Below are positions 23,403 to 34,800 of a stretch of 64,000 bases of DNA, piece after piece (positions within the stretch are counted from its first letter, which is position 1; each line of letters opens with the position of its first letter). Source of the stretch: Acutalibacteraceae bacterium (GTDB lineage: Bacteria; Bacillota; Clostridia; Oscillospirales; Acutalibacteraceae); contig JAZQIP010000022.1 of the NCBI GenBank assembly GCA_045541175.1, forward strand, positions 14,129-78,128, read 5' to 3'. The notes below the pieces were generated by a model. The model ran no database searches and was not told where the DNA came from. It was given only the letters and a program-made list of their open reading frames with translations. Made by a program: the position numbers and the translations under genes.

Positions 23403-25247
23403 ATGAACGATTTAAAAATCAAAACAGAGCCTAAATCTATTTTTGGAGAGTTTAAAACAGGCGATTCATATAAGCAAGGTTTAGGTAAACGCGGTATCAC
23501 TGAACAAGGAAAGGTGAATGAGCGTTTCTTCATTGGTGACCAATGGCACGGTGCGAAATGCGGAAACAATCGACCGCTTGTCCGCCGAAACATTATAAAG
23601 CGAATTGGCGAATTTAAGATGTCGTCTATAACCGCGGCACCGTTGGCGGTAAATTATACAGCTGACGGTATTCCTGATATTGGAATTGAGGAAGAAAAGC
23701 AGGCTATGACCGATAACCTTAATAAAGGTATTGCTCCCCAGGGCGAGGTAAGCAATGCGGAAATAGCAACAGTTATGCAGAGCCTTTCAGAATATTTCAA
23801 GATAACGGGAGAGCGCTTAAAGCTTGATACCCTTAAAGAACAGGCGCTTAGAAACTGCTATATCAGCGGTACAGGACTTTTATATACATATTGGGACAGC
23901 AAGATTGAAACAGGTCTTTATGCTGATACGGCTAAGCAGGTGCCAATAAACGGTGATATAAACTGCGAGGTATTAGAGGTTGAAAATGTTGTTTTCGGTG
24001 AGCCGAACAATGACAATATACAAAGCCAGCCTTATATCATAATAACCCGCAGAAGGCATATAGGAGAGGTTATAAGAGAGGCAAAAAGAAACCGCATACC
24101 TGCAGAGCAAATAGCGGATATTAAACCTGATAATGTGGACTATTATCAAAATTCGGGTGAGCAGGGTGAAAGCGAGCCTACAGACAGCAAGCGTGTTACC
24201 ACTATGACAAAGTTTTATAAAAAGTGGTCTGAAGATGGCAACGATTTCAAAGTTATGTGTACCGAGGTTACAGAAAAGGTTGTTATAAGAAAGCCTTTTG
24301 ATATTGGTATAAAGCATTACCCTATAGCTCTGATGCCTTGGGAGCGGAGAAGGTCCTGCATTTACGGTGAAAGCGAAATAACTCATTTAGTCCCAAATCA
24401 GATTGCTATAAACCGTTGCCTTACCGCCGCAGTTTGGGGAATGATTTCAACAGGTATGCCGATTATGGTTGTAAACGGTGATATTGTAACCGACAGGATA
24501 ACCAACGAACCGGGACAAATTATAAAGTGCTATGGCAGTAATGAGGATATGAAGGGGGCTATAAGCTATGTTCAGCCGCCAATATTCCAGTCACAGTATT
24601 TCAACAGCGTTAACGAAATGGCTACGAGCACACTTAACGATTCGGGCGCAAACGATGCGGCGCTTGGAAACCTTAGACCTGATAATGCCTCAGCAATTAT
24701 ACAAATGCGAGAGGCAGCAATGCAGCCTATGCAGATGTATATGAACCGCTTTTATGATTTTATCGAACAGCTTGCGCGTATATGGGCAGATTTTTGGGTG
24801 AATCTTTACGGTAAAAGAATGCTAAGGGCCGTTACCAAAGAGGGTACCAATTATATTCCCTTTGATGGAGAAAGATATAAGAACCTTGTTATTACAGCGA
24901 GAATTGATGTAGGAGCGGCTACGCTTTGGAGTGAGGCTGTAGTTATTTCTACCCTTGATAACCTCTTAGAAAGAAAAATGATAACCTTTGAGCAGTATCT
25001 AGACAGATTGCCTGCGGGAATTATTCCTGATGTTACAGGGCTTAAAGAGGATTTACAGATACAGTCACAGCAGGCCGAAACACAAGCTGCCCTTTCGGAT
25101 GAGGCAATTTTGCGAGATTTTGCACAGCAACAGCCCGAGCTTTATAAACAGTATGAGAGAATGCCTGCATCTGAGCAAATGGCGGTTATGGCTAAGATAA
25201 AAGGAGCCTATAACGGCGGTACTGCAGAGGGAGGAGCAATACAATGA
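23403..25247 (+). CDS. Portal protein
   Basis: 614 aa from the ATG 8 nt after AAAGGAG. N-terminal NERFFIGDQWHG portal motif with size and charge pattern typical of portals. Confidence 0.8.
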   Translation: MNDLKIKTEPKSIFGEFKTGDSYKQGLGKRGITEQGKVNERFFIGDQWHGAKCGNNRPLVRRNIIKRIGEFKMSSITAAPLAVNYTADGIPDIGIEEEKQAMTDNLNKGIAPQGEVSNAEIATVMQSLSEYFKITGERLKLDTLKEQALRNCYISGTGLLYTYWDSKIETGLYADTAKQVPINGDINCEVLEVENVVFGEPNNDNIQSQPYIIITRRRHIGEVIREAKRNRIPAEQIADIKPDNVDYYQNSGEQGESEPTDSKRVTTMTKFYKKWSEDGNDFKVMCTEVTEKVVIRKPFDIGIKHYPIALMPWERRRSCIYGESEITHLVPNQIAINRCLTAAVWGMISTGMPIMVVNGDIVTDRITNEPGQIIKCYGSNEDMKGAISYVQPPIFQSQYFNSVNEMATSTLNDSGANDAALGNLRPDNASAIIQMREAAMQPMQMYMNRFYDFIEQLARIWADFWVNLYGKRMLRAVTKEGTNYIPFDGERYKNLVITARIDVGAATLWSEAVVISTLDNLLERKMITFEQYLDRLPAGIIPDVTGLKEDLQIQSQQAETQAALSDEAILRDFAQQQPELYKQYERMPASEQMAVMAKIKGAYNGGTAEGGAIQ

Positions 25248-25612
25248 CAGGACAAGATATATTGAAAACCGCAACTGAGCTACTCGGTTATACCAACGCA
25301 AATAATAATTTACAGTTAACTTCGAGAATAACAGGCAAGTCGGTCGCAATACTTAACCTGATATACAGTGACCTTTGGAGGATTTGCAATGAGGGTGAAT
25401 TCATACCGATAAATACCGTTCAGGATGATATTTTTCTTCCCGAACGGGCGCTTAATGATGTTATGCCTTATGGGTTGGCTATGATGATAGCTCAAAGCGA
25501 GAGTGACGGTGACAGTCAGCAGCTATATTCTGTGCTTTATAACCGCAAGCGCGCGGGACTTTCAAGAAAAGAAAATATACAGGATGTACTACCAAGGAGC
25601 TATGATATATGA
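25244..25612 (+). CDS. Head-tail connector/adaptor candidate
   Basis: 122 aa, ATGA-coupled to the portal stop. Assigned by position only. Confidence 0.4.
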   Translation: MTGQDILKTATELLGYTNANNNLQLTSRITGKSVAILNLIYSDLWRICNEGEFIPINTVQDDIFLPERALNDVMPYGLAMMIAQSESDGDSQQLYSVLYNRKRAGLSRKENIQDVLPRSYDI

Positions 25613-27768
25613 AATTTCCGGCAATGAATAAACAGAGCAGACGCGGGGTTAATATCCCTGAGTTTGCGGGCGGACTGAACCTACGAGATAACCCCGTTCA
25701 GGTAAATGACAATCAATTGACCGACCTTAAAAATATGTGGTATAAGGATGGAACTTTGAGGACAAGACCAGGGATATATTCTTGTGACGATATGAATGTA
25801 CAAATTGGCAATCCTAACGGTAAGCAGAATATCGATAAGCGCCAATTTCTTGAAATTGAATACGAAAAAGATTCTCAAAGGTACATACTTAGCGTAACAA
25901 AGAGAGAAACTTCTGGGGTAACAAATTTGATTTTTTGTTGGCAAGGGGAAGATAAAATCATAGTATTGCCAGGAATAACTATAACTGCAACAGGCATCAA
26001 TTATTTTGTTGTTAGACATAATGATCTTCTTTATTGTTTTGTTAGCAACCAAAAAATATATAGGTTAGTACCCAATTCGACGAGTGGATGGATAGAATTA
26101 CCCGAAAGAGAATATTATGTGCCGTTAGTTGCTACTAATTGTCTAGCTTTAGAAGGATTTAATAAGAAAAGTGAAGAGATAGTGTCAAGTGGCATAATGC
26201 TTGAAGGATATAATCTTTTAAGTGATTATTATAAAATTAGCTATAATTCCTTTAATAATGATTTAGCTCCAGTAGAGACCGGAACTCACCCAATGAAATA
26301 TCATTTACTATCATCTATTTATAATGCTGATTATAAGGGTAAATACGTGACTGTAGAATATACAAAAAATGGGAATACTGCAATGCATAAATTAAAATTG
26401 GATGGTAGTTTTGAAGCCAAAGAGTCGGCTTGTAATGATATAGATGGTATGAAAATACGGATACGCTTTAATTGGCTCTGTTTTGAGGATGAAAACGATA
26501 ACATTGTATATATAGAAGAGGGTATGGAAAACGATATTGTTATAACAGCGCCGTATATTCCAAAGAACCGCGATAAAGAGCTTAAAAAAATCTTTAATAT
26601 GACCCGTTCTGTATGGTTCGGCGGCACTAATTCGGGGTTTAAAAACGGAACAAGGCTGTTTCTATGCGGTAATACAATAGAAAGTGAAAAAGCTTTGGTA
26701 TGTTGGTCCGGGCTGAATAATCCGCTATATTTTCCTGAAAACTCATATTTTTATGTTGGTGATACTAATGAAGCTGTGACCTGCTTCGGCAAGCAGTCGG
26801 ATATGCTGGTTGTTTTTAAAAATAATGAAACCTGGTATACGCAGTATAGGCAAAATACGGATATTACTGCCGCAGACCTTATAAATCAAACTGTTGTTGA
26901 CTTACAAGCAAGTTCAGTTTATTTTCCGATTACACAGGTAAATCCCAATATTGGCTGCGCATATCCTGATACGGTTTGCCTTTGCAGAAACAAGCTGGTT
27001 TTTGTAGGCTCTGATAAAAAGGTTTATACCCTCGTTTCTAACAGTCAATATAATGAGCGTAACATATTCTGCGTTTCTGAAATGGTAGACAAAGCCTTGA
27101 AAGACGAAGGCATCTCAAGTGCTTGCGATTGGAACGGTTATTATTGCCTAAGCTGTGGTAAAAAAATTTACTTGATGGACTATAACAGCTATGGATATCA
27201 ATATATAACAAGCTTTTCAAAAACAGAGGATGCCAATAAGAGGATACCTTGGTATTGTTGGGAATTGCCGATATCTTCCGGTTTGATATGTGCTATAGGA
27301 AATTCGATAATCATACCTGATTATTTTGCAGCAGATTCTGCCGTAAATTGTTCTATCCTTGGTTATATGCTAAATGTAGATAATGGTGAGAATGATTCTA
27401 TTTTGCAAGAAAAAGCTAACGGCGCTCTTGAATTTACTGCACAAAAAATCAAAAGCAGTCTTCAAACAAAGTTTTTTGATTTTGGTGCGCCAAATAACTA
27501 TAAAAATATTGATTCTGTTGGCTTGTCATTGGGTTATAACGGTGGTAACGAGATAACCGCTACCTTGCTGACAGATGGCGGTGAGGAGCAAATAGGACTT
27601 GTTTTAGAGGATGAGGCAGAAGAGCGCTCTGCAGGGTTTACCAAGAGCAGAATATTATATCCGGCAATACGCTCTGTGATAAGGCTTGGGGTTAAGCTTG
27701 AATGTGAGGGAAATATGATTGTAGATGGTATGACACTTGAATATCGAATGACAGGCAGAGCCAGATGA
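25609..27768 (+). CDS. Large virion structural protein (tail/nozzle candidate)
   Basis: 719 aa, coupled to the upstream gene. N-terminal IPEFAGGLNLRDNPVQVNDNQLTDLKNMWYKDGTLRTRPG resembles conserved N-termini of podovirus tail-tube-type proteins. Not verified. Confidence 0.45.
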   Translation: MKFPAMNKQSRRGVNIPEFAGGLNLRDNPVQVNDNQLTDLKNMWYKDGTLRTRPGIYSCDDMNVQIGNPNGKQNIDKRQFLEIEYEKDSQRYILSVTKRETSGVTNLIFCWQGEDKIIVLPGITITATGINYFVVRHNDLLYCFVSNQKIYRLVPNSTSGWIELPEREYYVPLVATNCLALEGFNKKSEEIVSSGIMLEGYNLLSDYYKISYNSFNNDLAPVETGTHPMKYHLLSSIYNADYKGKYVTVEYTKNGNTAMHKLKLDGSFEAKESACNDIDGMKIRIRFNWLCFEDENDNIVYIEEGMENDIVITAPYIPKNRDKELKKIFNMTRSVWFGGTNSGFKNGTRLFLCGNTIESEKALVCWSGLNNPLYFPENSYFYVGDTNEAVTCFGKQSDMLVVFKNNETWYTQYRQNTDITAADLINQTVVDLQASSVYFPITQVNPNIGCAYPDTVCLCRNKLVFVGSDKKVYTLVSNSQYNERNIFCVSEMVDKALKDEGISSACDWNGYYCLSCGKKIYLMDYNSYGYQYITSFSKTEDANKRIPWYCWELPISSGLICAIGNSIIIPDYFAADSAVNCSILGYMLNVDNGENDSILQEKANGALEFTAQKIKSSLQTKFFDFGAPNNYKNIDSVGLSLGYNGGNEITATLLTDGGEEQIGLVLEDEAEERSAGFTKSRILYPAIRSVIRLGVKLECEGNMIVDGMTLEYRMTGRAR

Positions 27769-27783
27769 AAGGGGTAAATTAAA

Positions 27784-28800
27784 ATGGCAAATTACACTTA
27801 TAATTCTATAAGAAAGGGCTATGACGATGACAAAGAGCTCAATAAGAAATTAGACGAAAAAATCAAAGCCAATAATACGATATACGATACTAATGCGCAG
27901 ACTATTAGAAATACTTATAATCAACAAATTGAGGATACCGAGGATGATTATGAGGATGCGCACAGAGAAAATGCAGTTCAGCAAAAGGTAAATGAGCATT
28001 ATATTGCCGAGGAAATGGCGAATATGGGACTAACCGATTCAGGACTTAACCGCACTCAGATTACAGCAAATCAGTTATCCTATGCCAATAACAAAGCAAA
28101 GCTCGACCGACAGAGGCAAAGCTTTGTAGACGGTCTTACTCTTGAGATGACAAATCGCATTGCAGAAAATGAAAACAGCAGATTAAGTTCTGAGCAGAGT
28201 ATCAGGGACGCGGATTCACAGTACCGCGACAGCTTGGCTACAAGTGAATATAACACAAGGGTCGAGCAGGATGCGGCAAAGTATAAGGCCGATATGGATT
28301 ATAAGACCAAGATAGAAAAAGCAAATATTGACGCTCAAACAGAAATAACAAAGGCTGGGATTAAGGCGGCCGGAAACGGACCTAAAGGTATAATTTCCGG
28401 AAATAATAAATTATTAAGTCGAAATTATACAGGACTTTTGGAAGAAAGCGGTGTATCGGTAATCTTCAATGATGACGAAACAACAACATATATTGATAGA
28501 AAAACCGGATACAAGTCTACATTTAATAGCAATGTTAATCCATATACAAATACTGTTAATCCTGATACAGAATATGGTGTATTTACTTCTACAGGTTATC
28601 AACCTACTCATAAAAACGGTGTGAAACTTTCTAAGGCAGATACTACATATTTACCTAGTTTAGGAAGAAGTCAAAATGTATTCAAAGGGGAATATATTGA
28701 AAACGGGAAAACTGTTACAAAATATTGGTTATGGGATGATAGTATCAATGACTATCAGCAGGTCTATAAGTCTAATGGTAAATGGGTAATTAAAAATTGA
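27784..28800 (+). CDS. Virion-associated coiled-coil protein (internal/ejection protein candidate)
   Basis: 338 aa. The N-terminal two-thirds is Q/E/D/N-rich and helical. Sits between the tail-like gene and the giant protein. Confidence 0.4.
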   Translation: MANYTYNSIRKGYDDDKELNKKLDEKIKANNTIYDTNAQTIRNTYNQQIEDTEDDYEDAHRENAVQQKVNEHYIAEEMANMGLTDSGLNRTQITANQLSYANNKAKLDRQRQSFVDGLTLEMTNRIAENENSRLSSEQSIRDADSQYRDSLATSEYNTRVEQDAAKYKADMDYKTKIEKANIDAQTEITKAGIKAAGNGPKGIISGNNKLLSRNYTGLLEESGVSVIFNDDETTTYIDRKTGYKSTFNSNVNPYTNTVNPDTEYGVFTSTGYQPTHKNGVKLSKADTTYLPSLGRSQNVFKGEYIENGKTVTKYWLWDDSINDYQQVYKSNGKWVIKN

Positions 28801-28816
28801 ACAGGAGCGAGGACAA

Positions 28817-31800
28817 ATGGATAATAAAAGCATTTTATTTCAACCGGGACAGGTTTTAGGAGCAGTATCTAGCACAAACACAACGGTTAAGCAGAGTAGT
28901 CTGTTTCAGCCCGGTCAAGTTTTAGGAGAAGTATCAGCAGAAGAACAATTAAAATCACAACTCAACAGCAAAATAGTTCAGCCGATGGAATTGGTAAAGA
29001 ACCCTACCTCAGCGAATAAGAAACTTGCGGATGCGGTAAATCTAAAAACCACTATACCTTCGGCGAGTTATGATGAGGGTGTTGTTAAAGAACTTAAATT
29101 AAAAAATGAAATGGATGTTGCCGAAAAGGAATATAAAAATGCTCAGGATACGTTTAATATTAATCCTGTAATGAAGCAGTTGGAAAGTTTGGGTGTAAAT
29201 CATAAAAATGTAGGACCGTACGAAACTGCTTATGAGAATAAGAAAAAGGAATACAAGACATATGAAAAGGCAAGATATTATGCTGCAATGCCTAACGGTG
29301 AGGTGAAAACCACAAATCCTGAAAACAAACGCTATTTTTCTTTGGATTCGTCAATAGATTGGGAATATGAATACATAAACGATATCGGCGGTATACGCAA
29401 TACAATTCAGGCGCAGTCTGTTCGTTCCGGTGGCGGAAATGCTTACGAACTTTACGATTATATGACAGAAAGAGAAGTAGGTATTTATAATTATATATAT
29501 GCTGAAAATGGAAAAAAACAAGCGAAAGAATTTTTGGATTTTATTGAAGATGATTTAGAGACAAGGCTTTCTACAAAGAATGCCAAATCTGCTCAAAAGT
29601 TTGCGGATGAACATCCTTATGTGGCAGCAGCTCTTTCGATTCCTGCAAATGTATTTGCTGCGGGCGAACAAGTATCAAATATATTGGAATATACTTTTAC
29701 TGGCGACCTTAATCGAAACAATATGGCAGACACAGCTAATGTATATAGAAGTTATTTGCCTGAAAAGGTTAATTGGGAAATTGGAAATTGGGATGCTTTC
29801 GATTTTGTGTATAATACAACAATGTCGGGTATTGATTCGTTTGTTGTAGCTCCCGCAGGAACTGTTGGTGCGGTTGCTTTAGGTCTGTCAGCGGCGGCGA
29901 GTACAACCAACGATATACTCGATAGAGGCGGAAATAATGTGCAGGCTTTTTGGGGCGGTATAGCAGCAGGAACTTTTGAGGGATTTTTTGAAAAGTTTTC
30001 CTTAAGTCAACTTGATTCTATGCAAGAGGGAATGGTAAAAGGCTTCAAGGATTTTGCGAAGAATGTGGGAAAATCTATGCTTGTTAATGCCTCTGAGGAA
30101 ACAGCTACCGAAATTGCAAATATTTTGTATGATTATGTAGCTAACGGAGGTATTTCTCAGTATGCTTTGCTTGTTAAGGAATATACCGATAATGGTGATG
30201 ACGAAAAAACCGCAAAGAAAAAAGCAGCCCAAAAATTAGGACTGCAAATACTTGAAGCTGGGGCATCAGGTGCTCTTATGGGTTTGGGTTTTGCTTCTGT
30301 TGGTTCTGCTTCGGCTTATAGAAATTATAAAAAAGACACCTCTTTTGCAAAACAGGTTGATGAAGTTATAAATGGTACTCATAATCCGAGATATGATTTA
30401 TATGTTTCGGAAACACCTAAAATATTTACTGATTTAGGCTTTACTGATTCTCCACTATTAATGAGAAATGGTAAAGTAAATGAAATTCTAAAAAAACATT
30501 CTGAAATGTCAGTTGATACTATTAAACAGATTCCGCAGGCTATTCAAAATCCAATACTTATTTTAAAATCAAAAACAAATCCAACACAAAGCGTAGTGGC
30601 TATTACCGATGTTATAACAGAAAAGGGCAATATGATAGTTCCGGTATGGATAAATCAAGAGGGAAACTATATAGATGTTGATTTTGGAATAGATGTTGTT
30701 ACGGATACTAATTTTGTTGCTTCGGCTTATGGAAGAAATGTAAAAAGTCTTTTAGAATATGCGAATGAAAATAACGGATTTCTATATCAAAGTCAGAATA
30801 TAGAAAAAGTCAGACAACTTATAGCAAGAAATGGGCTGCAATTGCCCACACCACTAAAGTTATCTGACTCTGACATTAATATATCACAAAATGATAACGA
30901 TGTCAATAATATTATATCCACCGAACCCTCAAATAATTCCCAAAATCCCGATTCGGGAGCGGGAGATGTTGCACGTGTAATCGGTGATAGGGTATCTATT
31001 TTAAGAAATAATACCGACCGCAGGCATACTACTTTAAAAGAACAACAGTATATTCAAAAAATATGTGATGCTTTAGGTGTAGAAGTTGTATTTGAGGATA
31101 TGGCTGAATATATGAAAGCAAACGGCTTTGATACAAGTAGCGGGATTATAGAGGGATATATTGATAAAAGCAATGTTATACATATCGGTTGGACTGTAAG
31201 GAATCCTGTACAATTTGTTTTGAAGCACGAGCTTACACATTTCTTAGAGAATAATAAAGCGAAATACAACGATTTTGCAAATTCAATTATGGATAACGAA
31301 TTATTTAAGGAATGGGTAAAATCTAAGGGATATGCATCTACAAGTGAATATAATGCTACTATAGTGCAACATTATTCTCAACTGGATAAAAAATTCGGCG
31401 AACACGAAGCTAATTTAGAAATGGTTGCTAATTTTGTTGGTGAAAATTTATTCGGTAACGAAAACGAGCTCAAAAGACTTTTAGAAAGTCTTAATCCTAA
31501 TCAACGGTCGAAATTTGTTCAATTCATTCACGACTTTCTTGCTTTCCTAAAAGAAAAACTCGGCGGACAAGCAGAGGTTTCCGCGGAGATAAAAGTGCTT
31601 GAAAACAATTTTATTAAGTTACTTAAAGAGGTATCATCAGAGCAAAAAAACACCGCCGAGAATAGCGGTGAATATGTATATAGTTTTTCTGCGGAAAGAC
31701 AAAGAGAGTCAGACACCCCACGGACTTTACATGCCGTAGTGAACGAAAGGGAAAACCCTAACGCCAATGTCGAACTCTCTAACAGTAGAGTAGCACAAAA

Positions 31801-34800
31801 GTCACCTACTGTCAAGAACAATTCTATGCAGGAAAGTGAAAATTATTCCTCGAACAACGATAAATTCAGCTTTGCACCTGTGGATGATAAGTCACTAGTT
31901 GCCAAAGCTGAGGATATGGAGAGTAACAATGCAAGCCGAAAAGAGATATGGCAAAAGTTAGGTATTATAAGAGATGCATCGGGTGAGTGGATTTATGAAA
32001 TATCTGACGATGAAATGAAATTTTCTCCTTTGGGTAAAGTGAAATATCTGGAAAGTCCTGAATATAAGGAATATCTTGAGCTTAGAAAATTAAAAAGGCG
32101 AACCAAAGAAAAGACTAAAAGATTTTTTGATTTGGGAATGAAGTACGGTACAGGCGCTTTGCCTCACGGCAAGCTGAAAGATTTCCTGATTCATGATAAA
32201 CTCTTTGAAAAATATCCAAATTTGAAAGAAACAAATTTCGAATTTGGAATGTTGGGAAAAGGAACTTTTGGCAACTATAATCCCGATACAAATACTATAA
32301 CTTTGAACGCTGATTTTTTAGAGGAATCTACAGCAAACGATAAGAGCGAAAGGGATTTCGAGGATTTTGCTAACGAGTTGAAAATGAAACAAACGCTTAT
32401 GCATGAAGTCCAACACGCTATGCAGGAATATGATAATCGAGAACGTGGCTCTAATGAATTGTATTGGCAACATCGCGCTATGATGGGTGATATTCCGCTA
32501 AGTTCAAACAGCAAACCGCTTACTCCTCGAAAAGCATACGAAAATACGGCCGGTGAAATTGAAGCTAAACAAACAGAAAACAGAACTTTTTTGAACGAAG
32601 AAAGCCGTAGAGATAAAATGCCGAATCTCGGTTGGGATAAAGCTGTGTTTACCAGCAAATCTTATCAATTAGCAAACAAATCTTCTGAGGCTATCGATGC
32701 GGAATATAGCTCAGCCGTTGAGAAAGGTGATACACGGGCAATTCAGAACATGGTTGATAATGCCGCTATGTCATCAGGGTATACAGAAAGATTGTATCAT
32801 CAAACAAATGCTGATTTCACAGAGTTTAATACTGAAAATCAAAAAGCAGGCAAATATGATACAGAATTGCCTACAGGTACATTTTTGAAACCTTCCGATG
32901 AAGATATTGGACTTTCGGGTAAAAAGCAAATGGAACTTTATGCGCAGATTAAAAAGCCTCTGCAATTTAAGGACAGAGATGATGCACGACAGTTCTGGAG
33001 CGAAAATATAGACGGATATGCCGAGGCAATAAAGGTTGTTAGTGATATAGATTCAGAGTACCGTCAAAAGTATAGCGAAGCTGAGGGTGATGTCAGAAGG
33101 TATATGATAAATTGGCGACATTCTAATCCCGATGCATCGAGGCAGGATATTTATAGTGATACCGAGTTCCAACGCTTACTTGGCAGACAACAGCAAGTGC
33201 TTGAAGAATGGGAAAACAAATCCAACGAAGCAAGTCTTGAGGCGAAGCGGCTCATCGATGATTTTATTGCTAAAAACGATTATGACGGTGTTATTATTGA
33301 GAATGACCAGGACGGAGATAACATAAGTACAAAGTCATACATCGTATTCAATTCTAATCAGCTTAAAGATGCTGCTCCTGTCACTTATGATGATGCAGGC
33401 AATGTTATTCCGTTATCAGCAAGGTTTGACACTGAACAAGGGGATATAAGATATTCTTTCACAGAATATACAAGTGCTGAAAGTTTGCTTGAACAGTATG
33501 AAAACGGCAAGATTACAAGGCAAGAGTATTTAGATATGATTAAAAAAGAAAAGCCGCTAAATCCTGTAGAAATAGCAAATTTAAAAGAGGAAGATGCTAA
33601 CACAACTCCAACGTTGAAAAAGCGTAACGGTACAAATGTCGGGGATAAACAAAGTGAGACCTATGAAAGTCTACTTGGCTCAAGTATCTTTGACGAGAGA
33701 TTTAAAGAGGAGATAGCCGACGATACATTCATAAAGAATTATCAGTCGATTACCAACAAGGAAACTCTTGCAAAAGCGGCTAAGGAGCTTGATGAGGGTG
33801 GTCTCAGTTATGTTCTAAAATGGAATAACACAGACCCCGAACACGCAAGCCTAATTGATATAGCGGTGGGCTTCATTCTTATGGATAGATATCAGCGTGT
33901 TGGTGATTACGAAAGTGCTGCTTCTGTAGCAGAAAAGGTAAGAATGTTTGGTACTTCAAGCGGTCAACAGGTGCAGATTTTCTCAATCCTCGGAAGACTT
34001 GACCCGAATTCAATGCAGGCTTATGCGCAGCAGACATTGGACAAAGCTTTTGAAAAATTGGCAGATATTAAAACAAAACAATGGATTGATAAAAACCAGT
34101 CTAAATTTAAGCTCACAGAAGAAGATATTGAATTTATTCGTCGTCACACTTTGCAAGCTGCTTTGTTTGATGATAATACTAGACCTAAGGCGATAGCTCT
34201 TGGTAAAATATGTGCAAGGATTCAGGATAAGATACCGCCTGAGGCAGGACAATCCATCAGAGCTTTGCAAAGGTCCAATATGTTATTGAATTTAAAAACA
34301 ATACTCCGCAACATAAATGGTAATGCGGGTATGACACCGCTATTTATTGCATCTGACTTTTTTGGAACTCTCATTGATAAAGGATTGTCTAAAAAGACAG
34401 AGATACGAACTACGGGTATTTATGGTCACCCATTTACAAAGAACGGTAGAGAGCGTTTGGCGAAAAATATGGAAAGTTTCGGGAAAGGTGTATATGAATC
34501 TTGGGATGATTTCAAAAGGGGGATACGTACAAAACAAGAAGATTTAAACCGTTTTGAACTTAATTCTTCATCGGGTAAGAATTTTAACGAGCATCACACT
34601 GGGAAGTTGGCTAAGCAATTTGATGCTATTTCAAAATTCCTTAATAAGATGGATAACTTCACCTCTTTCTGTTTAGAAGTAGGAGACAGACCTTTCTTTG
34701 AAATGTGGATGACAAATTCATTAAATAACCAATTGAGGCTTAATAAGTTAGAAATACCTACACCTGAAATGTTGGAAGTTGCCAAGCAGGAAGCATTACA